Shown here piece after piece: positions 27,970 to 39,108 of a DNA stretch of 64,000 bases. The stretch is taken from positions 21,442 through 85,441 of the forward strand of contig JBGAKR010000005.1 in assembly GCA_044224315.1 (NCBI GenBank), read 5' to 3'. The position numbers were made by a program, and so were the translations under genes. The DNA comes from Bacteroidia bacterium (GTDB lineage Bacteria > Bacteroidota > Bacteroidia > NS11-12g > UBA955). Under the pieces are notes generated by a model, which was not told the origin of the DNA, searched no databases, and saw only the letters and a list, made by a program, of their open reading frames with translations. The first letter of the stretch is position 1, and every line of letters starts with the position of its first letter.

Positions 27970-28326
27970 TTAAAATTGAAGGCCTCCTTCACGTGCACCT
28001 TCGGCCAGGCTTTTCACCCGTCCATGATACAAATATCCACCGCGGTCGAATACTACTGCAGAGATACCTGCAGCCAGTGCTTTTTCCGCCAGTTTTTTAC
28101 CTACTATAGAAGCCACGGCTACTTTAGTTTCTTTTATCTCAGCAATTGCTTTTTCGCGCGATGAAGCTGCGCAAAGTGTTTTACCACTTGCATCATCGAT
28201 AATCTGCGCATAAATATCTTTATTGCTGCGGAATACGCTAAGTCTTGGACGCGCCGCAGTACCTTCAAGGCGACCACGGATCCTTCTGCGTATTTTATTT
28301 CTTCTTTGTTCTCTACTCTTTGCCAT
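27970..28326 (-). CDS. rplR: 50S ribosomal protein L18.
   Basis: Typical L18 sequence; ends with the [14 protein letters not shown]-like C-terminus. Confidence 0.95.
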   Translation of the reverse strand: MAKSREQRRNKIRRRIRGRLEGTAARPRLSVFRSNKDIYAQIIDDASGKTLCAASSREKAIAEIKETKVAVASIVGKKLAEKALAAGISAVVFDRGGYLYHGRVKSLAEGAREGGLQF

Positions 28327-28337
28327 TTTTTTATCGA

Positions 28338-28889
28338 TTATTTAGATGCAGACTTACCGGCTTTTTTGCGCAATACTTCATTAGTGAAACGAATACCTTT
28401 ACCTTTATATGGTTCGGGTTTGCGGAAAGAACGAATCTTTGCTGCAATTTGTCCCAAAAGCTGTTTATCAGGGCACTCCATCACAATGGTGGGGTTTTTA
28501 CCTTTTACAGTTTCGGTGGTTACCTTGATTTCGCTTGGAACTTCGAACATGATACGGTGAGAGAAACCCAGCGTAAAATCAAGGATATTGCCTTGGTTAG
28601 ACACTTTGTAACCTACACCTACCAACTCCTGGCTTACTTTATGACCTACACTTACACCTTCAACCATATTGTTGACTAAGGCGCGGGTAAGACCATGCAG
28701 GGCACGGTGTTGTTTGCTCTCGCTTGGGCGATTGACTGTCAGCACGCCATCGGCAATTGAAATTTCCATTTCAGGGCTGATAACTTGCGACACTTCTCCT
28801 TTTGGACCCTTGGCGGTCACCAAACCGTTGTTTACGGTAATGGTTACACCTGCCGGGATACTTATGGGTGCTTTTCCTACGCGTGACAT
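28338..28889 (-). CDS. rplF: 50S ribosomal protein L6.
   Basis: [19 protein letters not shown]... L6 signature. Confidence 0.95.
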   Translation of the reverse strand: MSRVGKAPISIPAGVTITVNNGLVTAKGPKGEVSQVISPEMEISIADGVLTVNRPSESKQHRALHGLTRALVNNMVEGVSVGHKVSQELVGVGYKVSNQGNILDFTLGFSHRIMFEVPSEIKVTTETVKGKNPTIVMECPDKQLLGQIAAKIRSFRKPEPYKGKGIRFTNEVLRKKAGKSASK

Positions 28890-28916
28890 TTATTATTTAT
28901 TTCTATTTTTTACTAA

Positions 28917-29315
28917 TTATGAAACAAAGCACAGAACTTCACCACCTACACCCAGTTGACGGGCTTCTTTATCGGTCATTACACCTTTAGAAGTAGTAAG
29001 GATGGCGATACCCAGACCATTCAAAACGCGGGGCATTTTTTCAAGGTTGGCATAGCGACGCAATCCGGGAGAGCTGATACGGGTCAGTTCGCGGAAAGCA
29101 CTTTGCCTGGTTTGGGGGTTGTATTTCAATGCTATTTTAATTACACCCTGTCTGTTCTCGGTTGCTTCGAACTTGTATTTCAGGATATATCCTTTCTCAT
29201 AAAGCACGCGGGTAATCTCCTTTTTAAGATTACTGGCTGGCACTTCCACAATTCTGTGGTTTGCTTTAGCCGCATTGCGGAGCCTGGTGAGAAAATCTGC
29301 TATTGGATCAGTCAT
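28917..29315 (-). CDS. rpsH: 30S ribosomal protein S8.
   Basis: MTDPIADFLTRLRNA... S8 N-terminus. Confidence 0.95.
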   Translation of the reverse strand: MTDPIADFLTRLRNAAKANHRIVEVPASNLKKEITRVLYEKGYILKYKFEATENRQGVIKIALKYNPQTRQSAFRELTRISSPGLRRYANLEKMPRVLNGLGIAILTTSKGVMTDKEARQLGVGGEVLCFVS

Positions 29316-29336
29316 TTTTCTTTATTCTTTAATTAA

Positions 29337-29606
29337 TTACCAGCTAGACTTAGTTACACCAGGGATTTTTCCATCGCTGGCCAGTTGACGGAATTGGTTT
29401 CTGCAGATACCGAAGGTACGGATGTAACCGCGGGGGCGTCCGGTAAGTTTGCAGCGATTGCGCAGGCGCACAGGAGATGCGTTGCGGGGAATGCGTTGCA
29501 ATGCTTCGTAGTTGCCTTCAGCTTTCAGTTTTGCTCTTTTCTCAGCATACTGCGCAACCATTTGTTCACGTTTGCGCTGTCTGGCTTTTATAGATTCTTT
29601 TGCCAT
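29337..29606 (-). CDS. rpsN: 30S ribosomal protein S14, long (89 aa, zinc-independent) form.
   Basis: [15 protein letters not shown]... 89 aa. No CxxC zinc ribbon. Confidence 0.9.
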   Translation of the reverse strand: MAKESIKARQRKREQMVAQYAEKRAKLKAEGNYEALQRIPRNASPVRLRNRCKLTGRPRGYIRTFGICRNQFRQLASDGKIPGVTKSSW

Positions 29607-29612
29607 TTCTTA

Positions 29613-30164
29613 TTATTTGCTTTTAAACGGAAATCCCATCAATTTCAGTAATTCCAGACATTCTTCGTCGGTTTTTGCAGTGGTAACGATGGTAATATCC
29701 ATACCAGAGATTTTGTTCACCTTATCGATATCGATTTCAGGGAAAATGATCTGTTCGGTGATACCCATGGTATAATTGCCTCTGCCGTCGAAACCTTTCA
29801 CGTTGAGCCCTTGAAAATCGCGAACGCGGGGCAGAGATACAGTGATCAAGCGATCAATGAATTCGTACATACGTTCTTTGCGCAGGGTTACACGGGCACC
29901 GATGGGCATGTTTTCACGGAGTTTGAAGTTAGAGATTGCCTTTTTAGAAAAGGTCGCCTGGGCTTTCTGACCAGAAATACGGGTCATTTCATCCACAGCG
30001 GCATCCACTAATTTCTTGTCGTTTACAGCAGCACCCACACCTTGGTTGAGGCATACTTTCACGATCTGAGGGATTTCCATTACATTTTTGTAGCCGAACT
30101 TTTCAGTCATCGCGGCTATTACTTCCTCGGTATATTTGGTTCTAAGCCTTGGTACGTAGCTCAT
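29613..30164 (-). CDS. rplE: 50S ribosomal protein L5.
   Basis: Typical L5 sequence. 183 aa. Confidence 0.95.
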   Translation of the reverse strand: MSYVPRLRTKYTEEVIAAMTEKFGYKNVMEIPQIVKVCLNQGVGAAVNDKKLVDAAVDEMTRISGQKAQATFSKKAISNFKLRENMPIGARVTLRKERMYEFIDRLITVSLPRVRDFQGLNVKGFDGRGNYTMGITEQIIFPEIDIDKVNKISGMDITIVTTAKTDEECLELLKLMGFPFKSK

Positions 30165-30181
30165 TTCTTTTTCTTTCTTTA

Positions 30182-30514
30182 TTATTTGATGAAGTCTCCG
30201 GTACGTTTTGCTACGCGTTGCAATCTTCCTTCATCATTCAGTTTGCGGCCGATACGGGTTGGGGTACCAGATACAACTACCATAATGTTAGAAATATGCA
30301 CGGGGGCTTCCATTTTTTCAATTTTACCGCTTGTGTTTTGGGCGGTTGGTTTACGGTGTTTGGTTACAATATTCACACCTTCAACCAGGGCACGGTTTTC
30401 TGCGGGGATTACTTTCAGCACTTTGCCGGTTTTGCCTTTATCGTCGCCGGACAGTACTTTTACAGTATCGCCTTTTTTAACGTGCAGTTTTACTTTTTTG
30501 TTCTTTTCTGCCAT
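30182..30514 (-). CDS. rplX: 50S ribosomal protein L24.
   Basis: KOW motif ([21 protein letters not shown]). Confidence 0.95.
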   Translation of the reverse strand: MAEKNKKVKLHVKKGDTVKVLSGDDKGKTGKVLKVIPAENRALVEGVNIVTKHRKPTAQNTSGKIEKMEAPVHISNIMVVVSGTPTRIGRKLNDEGRLQRVAKRTGDFIK

Positions 30515-30517
30515 AAC

Positions 30518-30886
30518 TTATAATACTTCTGGTGCCAAAGACACAATTTTCATGAATTGTTTATCGCGAAGTTCGCGGGCAACCGGACCGAAGATACGGG
30601 TACCACGGGGTTCGTCGGATGCATTAAGCAGCACGCAGCTATTTTCATCGAAGCGGATATAAGATCCATCAGGGCGGCGAACTTCTTTTTTCACTCTCAC
30701 CACAACGGCTTTAGATACAGCTCCTTTCTTAATTCCGCTACCTGGCAGTGCATCTTTCACACTTACCACTATTTTATCGCCTACACTGGCATATCGGCGG
30801 CCCGAGCCACCCAATACACGGATGCAAAGTACTTCGCGTGCTCCGCTATTGTCTGCTACTTTCAGCCTTGATTCCTGTTGTACCAT
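30518..30886 (-). CDS. rplN: 50S ribosomal protein L14.
   Basis: ATG at 30886 ([19 protein letters not shown]...). The track's longer ORF runs into rpsQ. Confidence 0.93.
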   Translation of the reverse strand: MVQQESRLKVADNSGAREVLCIRVLGGSGRRYASVGDKIVVSVKDALPGSGIKKGAVSKAVVVRVKKEVRRPDGSYIRFDENSCVLLNASDEPRGTRIFGPVARELRDKQFMKIVSLAPEVL

Positions 30887-30888
30887 AA

Positions 30889-31149
30889 TTATTTCGCTTT
30901 TTCTATGATTTCTACTAACCTCCAACGTTTGGTTCTGCTCATCGGACGGGTTTCCATGATGCGCACGATATCATTTTCGGTGCACTCATTTTTCTCGTCA
31001 TGGGCAGTATACTTTTTGGTCTTTTTAAAGTATTTACCGTATTTGGGGTGTTTCATTTTACGAACCACAGATACGACAACCGTTTTGTCCATTTTATTAC
31101 TGGTAACAGTACCAATGATTTCTTTTCTGGCGTTACGTGTGGTTTCCAT
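30889..31149 (-). CDS. rpsQ: 30S ribosomal protein S17.
   Basis: Typical S17 sequence ([19 protein letters not shown]). Confidence 0.93.
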   Translation of the reverse strand: METTRNARKEIIGTVTSNKMDKTVVVSVVRKMKHPKYGKYFKKTKKYTAHDEKNECTENDIVRIMETRPMSRTKRWRLVEIIEKAK

Positions 31150-31382
31150 TATTTTTCTTCACTCATTTTTTTAACATACGCCTGGGTTTCAGCCTCAATG
31201 CGTCTTTTATTCAATTCGGTAAGCATACGTGCTACCGATTTACGGGTTTCTTTCAGTTTGTGCGGTTGTTCTACCGATGACACAGTATTCTGAAATTGTA
31301 ATTTCTGGTGAAGTTTTTTCTCTTCTTTATAACGTTCCACCAGCTCTTTATTCGGCATGCCGGTAATTTCTGAATTCTTCAT
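31149..31382 (-). CDS. rpmC: 50S ribosomal protein L29.
   Basis: ATG at 31382 ([31 protein letters not shown]...). The track's longer ORF would overlap rplP. Confidence 0.88.
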   Translation of the reverse strand: MKNSEITGMPNKELVERYKEEKKLHQKLQFQNTVSSVEQPHKLKETRKSVARMLTELNKRRIEAETQAYVKKMSEEK

Positions 31383-31383
31383 T

Positions 31384-31809
31384 TTATGCTTCCTCCTGAT
31401 AATCGGGTCTAACAACAAATTTTGCGGTCACGGGCAGTTTTTGCGCAGCCAGGCGAATGCCTTCTTTCGCAATGTCGTGAGGTACGCCACCTACTTCAAA
31501 CATGATAGTTCCGGGTTTTACTACGGCTACCCAATATTCCGGTGCACCTTTACCTTTACCCATCCTTACTTCGGCTGGTTTTTTGGTAATGGGTTTATCG
31601 GGGAATATGCGTATCCATACTTGACCTTCCCTTTTCAGGTAACGGGTAAGTGCAATACGGGCTGCTTCTATTTGGCGGGAAGTAATCCAGCTTGGCTCCA
31701 TGGATTTGAGTCCGAAGCTACCAAACACCACACGGTGTCCGCGGGTAGCAATCCCTTTTACACGGCCTTTCTGCTGCTTCCTGAATTTGGTTCTTTTTGG
31801 GCTTAACAT
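31384..31809 (-). CDS. rplP: 50S ribosomal protein L16.
   Basis: [16 protein letters not shown]... L16 N-terminus. Confidence 0.95.
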   Translation of the reverse strand: MLSPKRTKFRKQQKGRVKGIATRGHRVVFGSFGLKSMEPSWITSRQIEAARIALTRYLKREGQVWIRIFPDKPITKKPAEVRMGKGKGAPEYWVAVVKPGTIMFEVGGVPHDIAKEGIRLAAQKLPVTAKFVVRPDYQEEA

Positions 31810-31825
31810 CTCTTTTTACTTTTAA

Positions 31826-32599
31826 TTATTTACGCCTGTTTCCACCAGTATTTCCACCACGGTCTCCACCACGATCACGGCGATCGCGACGGTCACGACG
31901 GTCATCACGACCTTGTCCACCACGGGTATTTTCTCTTTTTCTTTCGGTTTCTTGTTGTGGAGCCAAATCTACTTTACCATAGATTTCGCCGCGGCACAAC
32001 CATACTTTTACACCAATTTTTCCGTAAACGGTTTGGGCTTCTACCAATGCGTAATCAATATTTGAACGCAGGGTATGCAAAGGAGTGCGACCTTCTTTAT
32101 AGATTTCAGAACGTGCAATCTCTTTACCATTCAAACGGCCACCGATACGAATTTTGATACCGTCGGCACCCATTTTCATAGTGCTTTGGATTGCGTTTTT
32201 GATAGCCCTTTTGTAAGAAAAGCGGTTTTCAATCTGCTGGCAGATATTCTCTGCTACCAGGTATGCATCCAGTTCTGGTCTTTTTATTTCGTTGATGTTG
32301 ATTTGAATATCCTTACCGGTGATTTTTTTAATTTCTTCACGGATGGTATCCACTTCCTGACCGCCTTTACCAATCACAATACCCGGACGGGAAGTGTTGA
32401 TGGTAATTGTGATACGTTTCAAAGTACGTTCGATCAGTACTTTAGCGATACCACCTTTAGCGATACGGATCTTCAGGTATTTACGGATTTTATCATCCTC
32501 CTGGAGTTTGTCTCCGTAATCTTTGCCACCGTACCAATTGGAATCCCAACCGCGGATGATGCCAAGACGAAGTCCTATAGGGTTAACTTTTTGTCCCAT
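31826..32599 (-). CDS. rpsC: 30S ribosomal protein S3 with a C-terminal R/D/G-rich low-complexity tail.
   Basis: KH plus S3-C domains. The tail ...[27 protein letters not shown] is encoded by a cgacggtcacgacggtcatcacgacc-type repeat. Confidence 0.95.
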   Translation of the reverse strand: MGQKVNPIGLRLGIIRGWDSNWYGGKDYGDKLQEDDKIRKYLKIRIAKGGIAKVLIERTLKRITITINTSRPGIVIGKGGQEVDTIREEIKKITGKDIQININEIKRPELDAYLVAENICQQIENRFSYKRAIKNAIQSTMKMGADGIKIRIGGRLNGKEIARSEIYKEGRTPLHTLRSNIDYALVEAQTVYGKIGVKVWLCRGEIYGKVDLAPQQETERKRENTRGGQGRDDRRDRRDRRDRGGDRGGNTGGNRRK

Positions 32600-32982
32600 T
32601 ATGCGTTTTCAGCCTCTGTATTATTTGATTCTTTTGATTTTAAACTGTCTACAACTACAGTCACGTGGTTGGTGCGTTTCAGCTGACGATTTCCACGACC
32701 CTGAGGGGCAGTGCGAAGACGTTTCATAGTGAATCCACCATCGACCATAATTGTTTTTACATAAAGATTGCTGTCTTCAATTCTCTCTCCACTATTGGCC
32801 TGACTCCAGTTTGCAACAGCGCTGCGGATCAACTTATTCAAGTAAATCGCGTAGCTGGGTTTTTGGTTCCACTGCAGAATATTCAATGCGCGGTCAACCT
32901 TTACTCCTCTTACCTGATCTGCTACCATGCGCATTTTGCGGGGTGACAGGGGGCAATTTCTCAATATAGCTTTTGCTTCCAT
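32599..32982 (-). CDS. rplV: 50S ribosomal protein L22.
   Basis: [26 protein letters not shown]... Confidence 0.95.
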   Translation of the reverse strand: MEAKAILRNCPLSPRKMRMVADQVRGVKVDRALNILQWNQKPSYAIYLNKLIRSAVANWSQANSGERIEDSNLYVKTIMVDGGFTMKRLRTAPQGRGNRQLKRTNHVTVVVDSLKSKESNNTEAENA

Positions 32983-32991
32983 TGTGGTTTA

Positions 32992-33249
32992 TTATTTAGA
33001 GTGACCTTTAAATGTGCGAGTGGGTGCAAATTCGCCCAGTTTATGTCCTACCATGTTTTCGGTAACATATACAGGAATGAATTTATTTCCGTTGTGAACA
33101 GCAAATGTGTGTCCTACCATATCAGGAATAATCATGCTGCGACGAGACCAGGTTTTGATAACTGATTTCTTGTTGCTCTCGTTCATGGTGCTGACCTTAC
33201 GATCCAATTTGTGGTCTACGTAGGGCCCTTTTTTTATTGACCTTGCCAT
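32992..33249 (-). CDS. rpsS: 30S ribosomal protein S19.
   Basis: [15 protein letters not shown]... [16 protein letters not shown]. Confidence 0.95.
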   Translation of the reverse strand: MARSIKKGPYVDHKLDRKVSTMNESNKKSVIKTWSRRSMIIPDMVGHTFAVHNGNKFIPVYVTENMVGHKLGEFAPTRTFKGHSK

Positions 33250-33250
33250 C

Positions 33251-34087
33251 TTATTTATTCCTTATACTTTTTCTGCGTTCGATAATCATTTTAGAACTGG
33301 CTTTTTTAGGAGCACGGGTTTTCTGACCTTGTGAGTAGATCAGGTTTTTACTCCTTGGCTGACCACCTTTGTTACGGCCTTCACCACCACCCATTGGGTG
33401 ATCTACGGGGTTACGGGCAGATGGACGGTTGTGCGGACGAATGCCCAACCAGCGGCTTCTACCAGCTTTACCTTTATTTTCAAGGCTATGGTCGCTGTTA
33501 GAAACAGAACCGATGGTAGCCATGCAATTTGCCAGGATACGGCGAGATTCGCCTGAAGGCAATTTGATGGAAACATAGTCCTCTTCACGACCCAGCAATT
33601 GGGCATAAGAACCTGCACTGCGGCAAATCTTAGCACCTTGTCCGGGGCGCATTTCAATATTGTGTATCAAAGAACCCAAAGGAATTTCGCGAAGTGGCAA
33701 TGCACTACCGATTTCGGGTTCAGAACCCGGACCTTGGGTAACTTTTTGTCCTACTTTAATTCCGTTAGGAGCAATGATGTAGCGTTTTTCGCCCCCGGTA
33801 AATTCTACCAGGCAAATCCATGAAGTGCGGTTTGGATCGTACTCGATGGTTTTTACTTCACCCATAACACCTGCATTGTCTCTTTTGAAGTCAATGATAC
33901 GGTAGCGTTTTTTGTGTCCGCCCCCTTTGTAGTGCATGGTGATTTTACCCTGGTTGTTACGTCCGCCCGATTTTTTAATCGGCACCAACAGAGATTTCTC
34001 TGGCTTATCCGTAGTCAACTCACTGAAGACGTTAGCAACTCTAAAGCGCTGTCCCGGAGTGGTTGGTTTTAATCTTTTTACTGCCAT
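33251..34087 (-). CDS. rplB: 50S ribosomal protein L2.
   Basis: 278 aa. Typical L2 sequence ([24 protein letters not shown]). Confidence 0.97.
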   Translation of the reverse strand: MAVKRLKPTTPGQRFRVANVFSELTTDKPEKSLLVPIKKSGGRNNQGKITMHYKGGGHKKRYRIIDFKRDNAGVMGEVKTIEYDPNRTSWICLVEFTGGEKRYIIAPNGIKVGQKVTQGPGSEPEIGSALPLREIPLGSLIHNIEMRPGQGAKICRSAGSYAQLLGREEDYVSIKLPSGESRRILANCMATIGSVSNSDHSLENKGKAGRSRWLGIRPHNRPSARNPVDHPMGGGEGRNKGGQPRSKNLIYSQGQKTRAPKKASSKMIIERRKSIRNK

Positions 34088-34089
34088 GA

Positions 34090-34374
34090 TTAAATGTTTT
34101 CGTAAAAGTCTATTTTAAATCCTTCTTTTAAAGTCACTATGGCCTTTTTATACCCATCGGTATAACCGGAGATCTGACCAGTGCGACGGTTACGACGCGC
34201 TTTCCCCCGGGCAATCATGGTGTTTACCGATTCAACTTCCACGCTATAGAAATCTTCGATAGCCTTTTTGATTTCGTCTTTGGTAGATTTTTTATCTACA
34301 ACGAAACCATACTGGCCACGCTTATCCATGATAGCGGTCATTTTCTCGGTAATCAACGGCTTTTTCAGTATCAT
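34090..34374 (-). CDS. rplW: 50S ribosomal protein L23.
   Basis: 94-aa L23-like protein. Overlaps the rplD stop by 4 nt. Confidence 0.9.
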   Translation of the reverse strand: MILKKPLITEKMTAIMDKRGQYGFVVDKKSTKDEIKKAIEDFYSVEVESVNTMIARGKARRNRRTGQISGYTDGYKKAIVTLKEGFKIDFYENI

Positions 34375-34997
34375 TTCTCTATGTTCTCTTGAATGGTTGC
34401 AACTGCTTTTTCAGTCAATATTAATTTACCTGCTTTCATTACTTCATAAGTATTGATATCTGAAGCCTGCATTACGGTGTTACCTGGTAAGTTGCGGCCA
34501 GAGAGGTAAATATTTTTGTTAATTTCGGGTGTTACAAACAAAGTGCGACCGTTGATGTTCAAATTTTTCAGCAGGCCTGCAAACTGTGAAGTTTTTGGAG
34601 CAGACATGTCGAAATCTTCAATTACCAGAATGCTGTCGGTTTTGGCTTTGTAGCTCAATGCACTCAGACGGGCAACACGTTTCAGTTTTTTGTTCAGTTT
34701 GAAAGAGTAATCTCTGGGGCGAGGTCCGTGGATACGGGCACCACCTACATAGATACCAGATTTCAAGCTACCGTGACGGGCTCCACCTGTACCTTTTTGG
34801 CGGAATACTTTGCGGGTACTGCGCGAAATTTCTGTACGGTCTTTGGTTTTATGAGTACCCTGGCGTTGGTTGGCCATGTACTGTTTTACATCGAGGTAGA
34901 TAGCGTGATCGTTGGGTTCAACACCAAAAATGGTGTCGGACAACTCAACCGTTCTGCCGGTATCGGTACCTTGTTGGTTTAATACTTTCAGTTTCAT
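34371..34997 (-). CDS. rplD: 50S ribosomal protein L4.
   Basis: 208-aa L4 sequence. Canonical position. Confidence 0.95.
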   Translation of the reverse strand: MKLKVLNQQGTDTGRTVELSDTIFGVEPNDHAIYLDVKQYMANQRQGTHKTKDRTEISRSTRKVFRQKGTGGARHGSLKSGIYVGGARIHGPRPRDYSFKLNKKLKRVARLSALSYKAKTDSILVIEDFDMSAPKTSQFAGLLKNLNINGRTLFVTPEINKNIYLSGRNLPGNTVMQASDINTYEVMKAGKLILTEKAVATIQENIEK

Positions 34998-35004
34998 CTT
35001 CTTC

Positions 35005-35631
35005 TTAGCGTTCTACGTAAACAATAGATCCGTTGTGCCCTGGGATAGAACCTTTTACTAACAAAAGGTGTTTCTCGGGGATAATTTTCAATACTTCCAG
35101 GTTCACAGCCATAACGCGGTCGCCACCAGTGCGGCCGGCCATACGCATACCTTTAAATACGCGGGCTGGGAATGAGCATGCACCGATAGAACCAGGAGCA
35201 CGCAGGCGGTTATGCTGACCGTGGGTAGATTCACCCACACCGGCAAAACCGTGGCGTTTCACAACGCCCTGAAAACCTTTACCTTTAGATTTTCCAATGA
35301 TGTCAACATATTGACCTTCTTCGAAGATGTTAACATCAAAGGTGTCACCCAGGGCAGCGGTAGCTTCAGCTTCATCCGGATTTTTGAATTCGAAGAATTC
35401 TTTTTTCGCGGTGGTGTTTGCTTTAGCGCAGTGCCCGGCAATGGCAGCGGTTGTATGTTTTTCTTTTACGTCGCCCCAAGCCATTTGAATGGCAGAGTAG
35501 CCGTCTTTTTCTTCGGTTTTCACCTGGGTAACCACGCATGGTCCTGCCTCAATTACTGTGCAAGCCACTTTCTTACCATCACGGTCGAAAACGCTGGTCA
35601 TTCCTAATTTTTTTCCAATCAAGCCTTCCAT
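35005..35631 (-). CDS. rplC: 50S ribosomal protein L3.
   Basis: [20 protein letters not shown]... L3 N-terminus. Confidence 0.95.
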   Translation of the reverse strand: MEGLIGKKLGMTSVFDRDGKKVACTVIEAGPCVVTQVKTEEKDGYSAIQMAWGDVKEKHTTAAIAGHCAKANTTAKKEFFEFKNPDEAEATAALGDTFDVNIFEEGQYVDIIGKSKGKGFQGVVKRHGFAGVGESTHGQHNRLRAPGSIGACSFPARVFKGMRMAGRTGGDRVMAVNLEVLKIIPEKHLLLVKGSIPGHNGSIVYVER

Positions 35632-35639
35632 TTTGCTGA

Positions 35640-35948
35640 TTATAATTTAATTTCTACTTCAACCCCGCTGGGCAGTTCTATTTTCATAAGCGCATCTACA
35701 GTTTTAGTAGATCCGTTATAGATGTCGATCAAACGTTGGTAGGTGCAATATTGGAACTGCTCCCTGGCCTTTTTATTTACGTGGGGCGAACGCAGCACTG
35801 TAAAAATCTTTTTACGGGTGGGAAGTGGCACTGGGCCGCTTACCACAACATCTGTAGTGCGCACAGCCTTCACGATCTTTTCTGCAGATTTATCTAACAG
35901 ATTGTGATCAAAGGATTTAAGCTTTATGCGAATCTTCTGGCTTACCAT
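35640..35948 (-). CDS. rpsJ: 30S ribosomal protein S10.
   Basis: [16 protein letters not shown]... S10 signature. Confidence 0.95.
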   Translation of the reverse strand: MVSQKIRIKLKSFDHNLLDKSAEKIVKAVRTTDVVVSGPVPLPTRKKIFTVLRSPHVNKKAREQFQYCTYQRLIDIYNGSTKTVDALMKIELPSGVEVEIKL

Positions 35949-35956
35949 TTTCTTTT

Positions 35957-38092
35957 TTATTTACTAGCTACTCCGTTTACTTTTTTCAAAACTTCTTCTG
36001 CGATGGCTTTTGGAGTTTCAGCGTAGTGGCTGAATTCCATGCTTGAACTTGCACGACCCGAAGTAATGGTACGCAAGGTGGTTACATAACCAAACATCTC
36101 ACTCAGTGGCACTTTGGCTTTTACAACCTGGCTACCGGCGCGTTCGTCGATACCTTCCATTTGTCCACGACGGCGGTTCAGGTCACCCATTACGTCACCG
36201 GTGTTTTCTGCTGGAGTTACAACTTCCAACTTCATGATAGGCTCGAGTAATACTGGTCCGCACATACGGGCAGCTTCGCGGAAACCGCTTTTTGCAGCAA
36301 CCTCAAATGACAGTGAATCTGAGTCAACGTTGTGGTAAGAACCGTCAAACAGACGCACTTTCATGCTGCTGATTGGGTAACCGGCCAATACACCGTTTTC
36401 CAGACAGGCTTTGAAACCTTTTTCAACTGCAGGGATAAACTCACGGGGAATGTTACCACCCACAACTTCATTTACAAACTGCAAACCTTCTTTGCCAAAA
36501 TCGGCATCCACAGGTCCAAGTTCAAACTGAATATCGGCGAATTTACCACGACCACCTGTTTGTTTTTTGTAAACCTCGCGGTGGGTGTAGCTTTTGGTGA
36601 TAGCTTCTTTATAAGCAACCTGGGGAGCACCCTGGTTACATTCTACTTTGAATTCACGTTTCAGACGATCCACGATAACCTCAAGGTGCAACTCGCCCAT
36701 ACCAGAGATAATGGTTTGGCCAGTGTCCTGATCGGTTTGAACGCGGAAGGTAGGATCTTCCTCTGCCAATTTAGACAGTGCGATACCCAATTTATCAGAA
36801 TCGGCCTGAGTTTTAGGCTCAACTGCCAATCCGATAACGGGATCGGGGAAGTTCATTGCTTCAAGCACGATTGGATTTTTCTCATCGCACAGGGTATCAC
36901 CAGTTTTGATGTCCTTAAATCCAACGGCAGCTCCGATATCGCCAGCACCCAGGGTTTCGATTGGGTTTTGTTTGTTGGCGTGCATTTGGAAAATGCGGGA
37001 GATACGTTCTTTGTTTCCGCTGCGGGTGTTCAGTACGTAAGAACCTGCATCGAGTTTACCAGAGTAGGCACGCATAAAGGCCAGGCGACCTACATAAGGA
37101 TCGGTAGCAATTTTGAACGCAAGGGCGGCAAAAGGCTCGTTATAATCGGGTTTGCGGGTAACTTCCTCTTCAGTGTCGGGGTTGGTACCTTTAATGCTTT
37201 CACGATCAAGCGGGCTAGGCATCAATTCCATTACCAAATCGAGCATGGTCTGAACGCCTTTATTTTTGAAAGATGATCCGCAAACCATAGGAACAATTTT
37301 CATGTCCAGGGTAGCTTTGCGCAATGCATCCAGAATTTCTCTTTCAGTGATAGAAGCGGGATCTTCGAAGAATTTCTCCATCAAAGTATCGTCGTATTCC
37401 GATACCGCTTCCAGTAATTTTTCTCTCCACTCAGCGGCATCGGCAACCATATCGGCTGGGATGTCGATGGTTTGGTAGGTCATACCTTTATCGGCTTCGT
37501 TCCATACCATACCGCGGTTGTTGATCAAATCTACAACACCTTTGAAGTTATCTTCGGCGCCGATGGGCAGTTGCAGGGGAATAGCGTTGCTACCTAACAT
37601 GTCGCGAACTTGTTTCACAACCATAAGGAAGTCGGCACCTGCGCGGTCCATTTTATTTACGAAACCGATACGGGCAACATTGTAGTTATTAGCCAGGCGC
37701 CAGTTGGTTTCGGACTGGGGTTCAACACCGTCAACGGCGCTAAACAGGAACACAAGACCATCCAATACACGCAGGGAGCGGTTTACCTCAACGGTAAAAT
37801 CCACGTGACCAGGGGTATCGATGATATTGATGTGATATTGTTTGGTTTCGGGAATGGCTTTACCGTCTTTCATTGGGTAGTTCCAACTAACGGTAGTAGC
37901 CGCAGAAGTAATGGTAATGCCGCGTTCCTGCTCCTGAACCATCCAGTCCATAGTAGCAGCTCCGTCGTGTACCTCACCGATTTTGTGGTTTACCCCTGCA
38001 TAATAGAGGATACGTTCGGTAGTGGTGGTTTTACCAGCATCGATGTGGGCAGCAATCCCAATATTTCTAGTATATTTTAAGTCGCGTGACAT
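35957..38092 (-). CDS. fusA: Elongation factor G.
   Basis: 711 aa. G1-G4 GTPase motifs ([24 protein letters not shown]). Domains II-V. Confidence 0.97.
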   Translation of the reverse strand: MSRDLKYTRNIGIAAHIDAGKTTTTERILYYAGVNHKIGEVHDGAATMDWMVQEQERGITITSAATTVSWNYPMKDGKAIPETKQYHINIIDTPGHVDFTVEVNRSLRVLDGLVFLFSAVDGVEPQSETNWRLANNYNVARIGFVNKMDRAGADFLMVVKQVRDMLGSNAIPLQLPIGAEDNFKGVVDLINNRGMVWNEADKGMTYQTIDIPADMVADAAEWREKLLEAVSEYDDTLMEKFFEDPASITEREILDALRKATLDMKIVPMVCGSSFKNKGVQTMLDLVMELMPSPLDRESIKGTNPDTEEEVTRKPDYNEPFAALAFKIATDPYVGRLAFMRAYSGKLDAGSYVLNTRSGNKERISRIFQMHANKQNPIETLGAGDIGAAVGFKDIKTGDTLCDEKNPIVLEAMNFPDPVIGLAVEPKTQADSDKLGIALSKLAEEDPTFRVQTDQDTGQTIISGMGELHLEVIVDRLKREFKVECNQGAPQVAYKEAITKSYTHREVYKKQTGGRGKFADIQFELGPVDADFGKEGLQFVNEVVGGNIPREFIPAVEKGFKACLENGVLAGYPISSMKVRLFDGSYHNVDSDSLSFEVAAKSGFREAARMCGPVLLEPIMKLEVVTPAENTGDVMGDLNRRRGQMEGIDERAGSQVVKAKVPLSEMFGYVTTLRTITSGRASSSMEFSHYAETPKAIAEEVLKKVNGVASK

Positions 38093-38111
38093 TTAATTTC
38101 TTTCTGTAGTA

Positions 38112-38582
38112 TTAAACCCTGAAGTGAGAGAAGGCTTTGTTTGCTTCAGCCATTTTGTGCACATCCTCTTTCTTTTTCACAGAAGAGCCTTCACCGCGGG
38201 CGGCTTGAAGAATTTCGCCGGCCAGTTTTTCTGCCATTGATTTCTCGTTGCGTTTGCGGGCATAGCCTACCATCCATTTGATACCCACAGCCAAGCGGCG
38301 TGCGGCAGGAACTTCGGTAGGGATTTGGAAAGTAGAACCACCCACACGGCGAGCCTTAACCTCTACGGTAGGCATAACGTTGTTGAGGGCTTTTTTCCAG
38401 GTTTCGAGGCCAGGTTCTTCAGTAGCTTTCTTTTCTACCAATTCCAGGGCATCGTAAAATATTTTAAACGCAAGAGACTTCTTACCATCATACATCATTC
38501 CGTTTACGAAGCGGGTAACGAGGGTTTCGTTAAACTTCGGATCGGGAAGCAGAAGGCGTTTCTTTGGACGTGACTTTCTCAT
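38112..38582 (-). CDS. rpsG: 30S ribosomal protein S7.
   Basis: MRKSRPKKRLLLPDPKFN... S7 N-terminus. Confidence 0.95.
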   Translation of the reverse strand: MRKSRPKKRLLLPDPKFNETLVTRFVNGMMYDGKKSLAFKIFYDALELVEKKATEEPGLETWKKALNNVMPTVEVKARRVGGSTFQIPTEVPAARRLAVGIKWMVGYARKRNEKSMAEKLAGEILQAARGEGSSVKKKEDVHKMAEANKAFSHFRV

Positions 38583-38604
38583 TGTTCAGTTCTTAAATGC
38601 TTTA

Positions 38605-38982
38605 TTACTTCTTCTTGGGTTTCTTAGTACCATATTTAGAGCGGCGCTGATTGCGACCTTCCACACCGGCAGTATCTAAAGCACCGCGAACAATGTGGTA
38701 ACGTACACCAGGAAGATCTTTTACCCTGCCGCCACGTACCAGTACGATACTGTGTTCCTGCAAGTTATGACCTTCACCAGGTATGTATGCGTTCACCTCT
38801 TTACCGTTGGTTAAGCGCACACGGGCTACTTTACGAAGCGCCGAGTTTGGCTTCTTTGGTGTTGTTGTATAAACACGTGTACAAACGCCACGGCGTTGAG
38901 GACAAGAGTCCAGAGCCGGTGATTTGCTTTTGAATACCGTTTCCTGTCTACCTTTACGTATTAACTGTTGAATGGTTGGCAT
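38605..38982 (-). CDS. rpsL: 30S ribosomal protein S12.
   Basis: ATG at 38982 ([13 protein letters not shown]...). [30 protein letters not shown]. The track's longer TTG-initiated ORF would absorb the promoter. Confidence 0.95.
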   Translation of the reverse strand: MPTIQQLIRKGRQETVFKSKSPALDSCPQRRGVCTRVYTTTPKKPNSALRKVARVRLTNGKEVNAYIPGEGHNLQEHSIVLVRGGRVKDLPGVRYHIVRGALDTAGVEGRNQRRSKYGTKKPKKK

Positions 38983-39002
38983 ATTTTTCCCAAAAAGGAC
39001 GG

Positions 39003-39033
39003 CAAAATTACACCTATTTTTCCGCAAAGTCAA
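39003..39033 (-). promoter_or_regulatory. Putative Bacteroidota sigma-A type promoter for the rpsL-led super-operon.
   Basis: On the minus strand, TTGAC, then a 20-nt spacer, then TAATTTTG (a TAnnTTTG -7 box), about 20 nt upstream of the rpsL ATG. Confidence 0.4.
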
Positions 39034-39108
39034 GGCTGGTTTGAAAATTTTCTTGAGGATTTCTTTACAATCCCGAAATGTTGGTGCAAATTTGCACAGA
39101 TATTACAA

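Noticed and set aside
36332-37276. A 314-aa ORF on the + strand inside fusA, plus many similar 60-200-aa ORFs antisense to secA, rpoA, rpsD, rpsC, secY and the giant ORF.
   Set aside because: They lie entirely within well-supported conserved genes on the opposite strand. Their compositions are typical of antisense-frame artefacts, and no independent signals support them.
38983-39033. A longer TTG-initiated rpsL ORF (142 aa).
   Set aside because: The S12 consensus N-terminus [12 protein letters not shown] begins at the internal ATG at 38982. The extension would swallow the TTGAC-N20-TAATTTTG promoter.
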